Assembly: GCA_041287745.1 (NCBI GenBank)
Contig: JBGGMZ010000179.1
Location: 1-59,600, forward strand
Reading direction: 5' to 3'
DNA: 59,600 bases
From: Chthoniobacter sp.
GTDB lineage: Bacteria > Verrucomicrobiota > Verrucomicrobiia > Chthoniobacterales > Chthoniobacteraceae
Below the pieces are notes generated by a model that made no database searches, was not told the origin of the DNA, and was given only the letters and a program-made list of their open reading frames with translations. This document shows, piece after piece, positions 57,413 through 59,600 of this stretch (positions are counted from its first letter, which is position 1; each line of letters opens with the position of its first letter). A program made the position numbers and the translations under genes.

Positions 57413-59600
57413 ATGACCGGTATCACCCAAAAACAAATCGACGCTCTCCAGGAATATCTGGACTCGCTCGACAAAGGGGCGCGAGAGCGCGGCCGGCAGT
57501 ATTTTGAACAGGGCAGGGTAACGAAGGTCGAGCAATACCAGCGAGGGACCGGTTTTCGCGCGGAGGTATTCGGCACGGTGCCGTATCACATCAAACTGCG
57601 CTTTGCGGGCGGCGACTGGGACGGAACGTGCTCGTGTCCGATGGGCTTTGATTGCAAGCATTGCGCCGCTGTCGCCCTCCATGCGATCGAGGATTGGACC
57701 AGGAGCCTGCAGCCAGCAGGGAAGAAACCGCAATCGATCCAGTCTCCGGAGACGCCGCGCGCCGGCGCCGAGCGAACCTCAAAAGTGTCGGTGGTGTTTG
57801 CCGATCGGCTTGGCCGAAAGTTAAACACGGAAGAGAAGCTCGCCGCGGACACAGTGGATCACCTTTTCCAGAATTACCGCACGTCGCCCTCCGTTGCCGA
57901 GCAGCAGTTGGAACCGATCACTCGTTCCCGAGCGGGGTGGGGGAGGAACTCAGTAAAGATCTGGCCGACTGAGCCGCAAACGTCGTGGGAAGCATGGCTT
58001 TATCTCGCTGCGTATCTGCGGAAGCATAAACACGCTTGCCCACCCGCGCTGCTGGAGGCCACGGACTGGGCGGAAGTGGAGAGACTCATGGCGCCTTGGG
58101 AGCGCGAGCGGCAGGTGGAGCAGTGGCGCGATTGGCTGCAAGGTGCTGCTGAAAGGAGTGAACCCAGTCCCGCTGATCTGATGCAACTCCGGGTGCGGTT
58201 GACGGAGAAGGGCGCGCAACTCGAATGGCGGAAGGCCGGCGAGGCGGCCTTTTCGGAGATCAAACCCAATGCGTTCGTGCAGTTGACCGCGGCGGCCCAT
58301 CAAGGCCAGCTTTCGCTCGATGAGCCTTCGTTGGCGATCTGGCGCGTCTTTTACACGGGATTTGATAGCCGGGCCTTTCGCGCCTACGCGGAGCCGGACA
58401 CAGCCCGCGTATTGAACCAACTGCTGCGGCTTCCCGGCTTCGAAGAACGGGTGGTCGGGCCGGAGGGGACTCCGCTGGCGCGAGCTGCGGGGCCGCTGCA
58501 ATGGCGCATCGAGACCGGCAGCGGAGAAGAGATCGACTATCAGCTGGCGCTGATCCTGCCGGATGGAAGCACGCCGCCGCCCGCCCTGACGGTGATCGAT
58601 GGCAGGCCGTCGCTCTACGTCACCAGCACCACCGTTTTCGAGGGGCCGTCGTTGGGCCGGCTTTCGCTGAAGGAAGGCTCAATCACCATTCCCTCCGAGG
58701 CGCTGGAGACGAGCGATGGGCTGACTTTATTGGAGCGCCTCGGCGTCGAGCCGCCTCCGCGGATTGCCGGGCGCGTGCGCACGGTGCGGGTGCGTCCCGT
58801 TTTTCGGTGCACGGTGGAAAAAAATCAATTCGCCGCCAATGAGTGGCTCATGGTGGAGGTTCGCGCAGAGGACAATGATGCGGAGCGGTTTGCCGAGTAC
58901 CACCGTGAGGGGTGGAAGGTGCTGAAGTTTCCGCTGGACGAGGCAGGCGTACTGACGCGGCTCGAACAGAGCGCTCTGACGCTAGCTCCGAGGCTGGTGG
59001 AGGCGCTTCGGTTGAGTTGGGACAGTCATAACCGCCGGTGGCAGCGCCAGGTAAAAAAGAATTTCGCGACTCAATTTGCTGAGTGGCTCGCCATGGTTCC
59101 GGAGGGCGTCACTTTGGAACTCGATCCGCTGCTCACCTCATTGCGGGGGGCGCCCGTGGAGGCTCGGGTCAAACTGGAGGTGGAGGAGGCGGGCATCGAT
59201 TGGTTCGACTTGCGCGTGTCGTTGGATGTGGTCGATACGACCCTGACGAAGAAAGAGATTCGGGCGTTGCTCGATGCGGGCGGGGGATTTGTCCGGCTGG
59301 GCGAGAAAGGCTGGCGACGCCTGCATTTTCAACTCAGCGAAGAGGACGAGAAAGAACTCGCCGATCTCGGCTTGAGCGCACGCGATTTTTCCAGCGAACC
59401 GCAACGCCTGCACGCCTTGCAACTCGCGGGTAAGAAGGCGGCGCGTCGTCTGCTGCCCGAACCGCAGGCGCTGGCGATCGAGCGCCGTGTCGGAGAAATT
59501 CAGACGCGAGTCGCACCAGAAGTGCCCGCCGGCCTGAGCGCTGAATTGCGCCCCTATCAGCGCGATGGATTTCATTTTCTCGCCTATCTCTCGGCGAACT
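57413..59600 (+). CDS. SWIM zinc-finger SNF2 family helicase (5' part; runs off the window)
   Basis: Absent from the ORF track because it has no stop in the window. ATG at 57413; CSCPMGFDCKH SWIM motif; GIDWFDL; in-frame ELRPYQRDGFHFL (start of the SNF2 core) at 59543. Confidence 0.9.
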   Translation, partial: MTGITQKQIDALQEYLDSLDKGARERGRQYFEQGRVTKVEQYQRGTGFRAEVFGTVPYHIKLRFAGGDWDGTCSCPMGFDCKHCAAVALHAIEDWTRSLQPAGKKPQSIQSPETPRAGAERTSKVSVVFADRLGRKLNTEEKLAADTVDHLFQNYRTSPSVAEQQLEPITRSRAGWGRNSVKIWPTEPQTSWEAWLYLAAYLRKHKHACPPALLEATDWAEVERLMAPWERERQVEQWRDWLQGAAERSEPSPADLMQLRVRLTEKGAQLEWRKAGEAAFSEIKPNAFVQLTAAAHQGQLSLDEPSLAIWRVFYTGFDSRAFRAYAEPDTARVLNQLLRLPGFEERVVGPEGTPLARAAGPLQWRIETGSGEEIDYQLALILPDGSTPPPALTVIDGRPSLYVTSTTVFEGPSLGRLSLKEGSITIPSEALETSDGLTLLERLGVEPPPRIAGRVRTVRVRPVFRCTVEKNQFAANEWLMVEVRAEDNDAERFAEYHREGWKVLKFPLDEAGVLTRLEQSALTLAPRLVEALRLSWDSHNRRWQRQVKKNFATQFAEWLAMVPEGVTLELDPLLTSLRGAPVEARVKLEVEEAGIDWFDLRVSLDVVDTTLTKKEIRALLDAGGGFVRLGEKGWRRLHFQLSEEDEKELADLGLSARDFSSEPQRLHALQLAGKKAARRLLPEPQALAIERRVGEIQTRVAPEVPAGLSAELRPYQRDGFHFLAYLSAN

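Overview
GC-rich bacterial chromosomal window with PVC-superphylum hallmarks, most likely Verrucomicrobiota (Chthoniobacter-like; inferred from a PEP-CTERM/autotransporter-repeat protein, PVC-type cytochrome c and propeller proteins, and mostly SD-less starts). It holds about 45 CDS. These include an ArsR plus three SRPBCC genes, VOC/YciI/cupin genes, an AraC-RND efflux unit, a pentaheme cytochrome c with a beta-propeller partner, and a GntR-MFS operon with five tandem Asp-box (sialidase-like) propeller genes, the last an FGE-domain fusion broken by an in-frame TGA. Further on are ilvA, a stand-alone rpoA-rplQ unit, a two-component system facing a double beta-helix glycanase, a PAS/GAF hybrid kinase with a receiver-adenylate cyclase, ada/alkA-ogt, and a partial SWIM-SNF2 helicase. 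No rRNA, tRNA, CRISPR array, transposase or integrase was seen. The best hidden feature is a complete Ile-codon leader-peptide transcription attenuator upstream of ilvA (38879-39019), which the ORF track misses. Other leads are a structured rpoA leader, a CCC-C +1 slip site that would fuse ArsR to an SRPBCC domain, two perfect operator palindromes inside promoters, and several different REP-like inverted repeats. Product calls come from motif recognition only; no database search was run.
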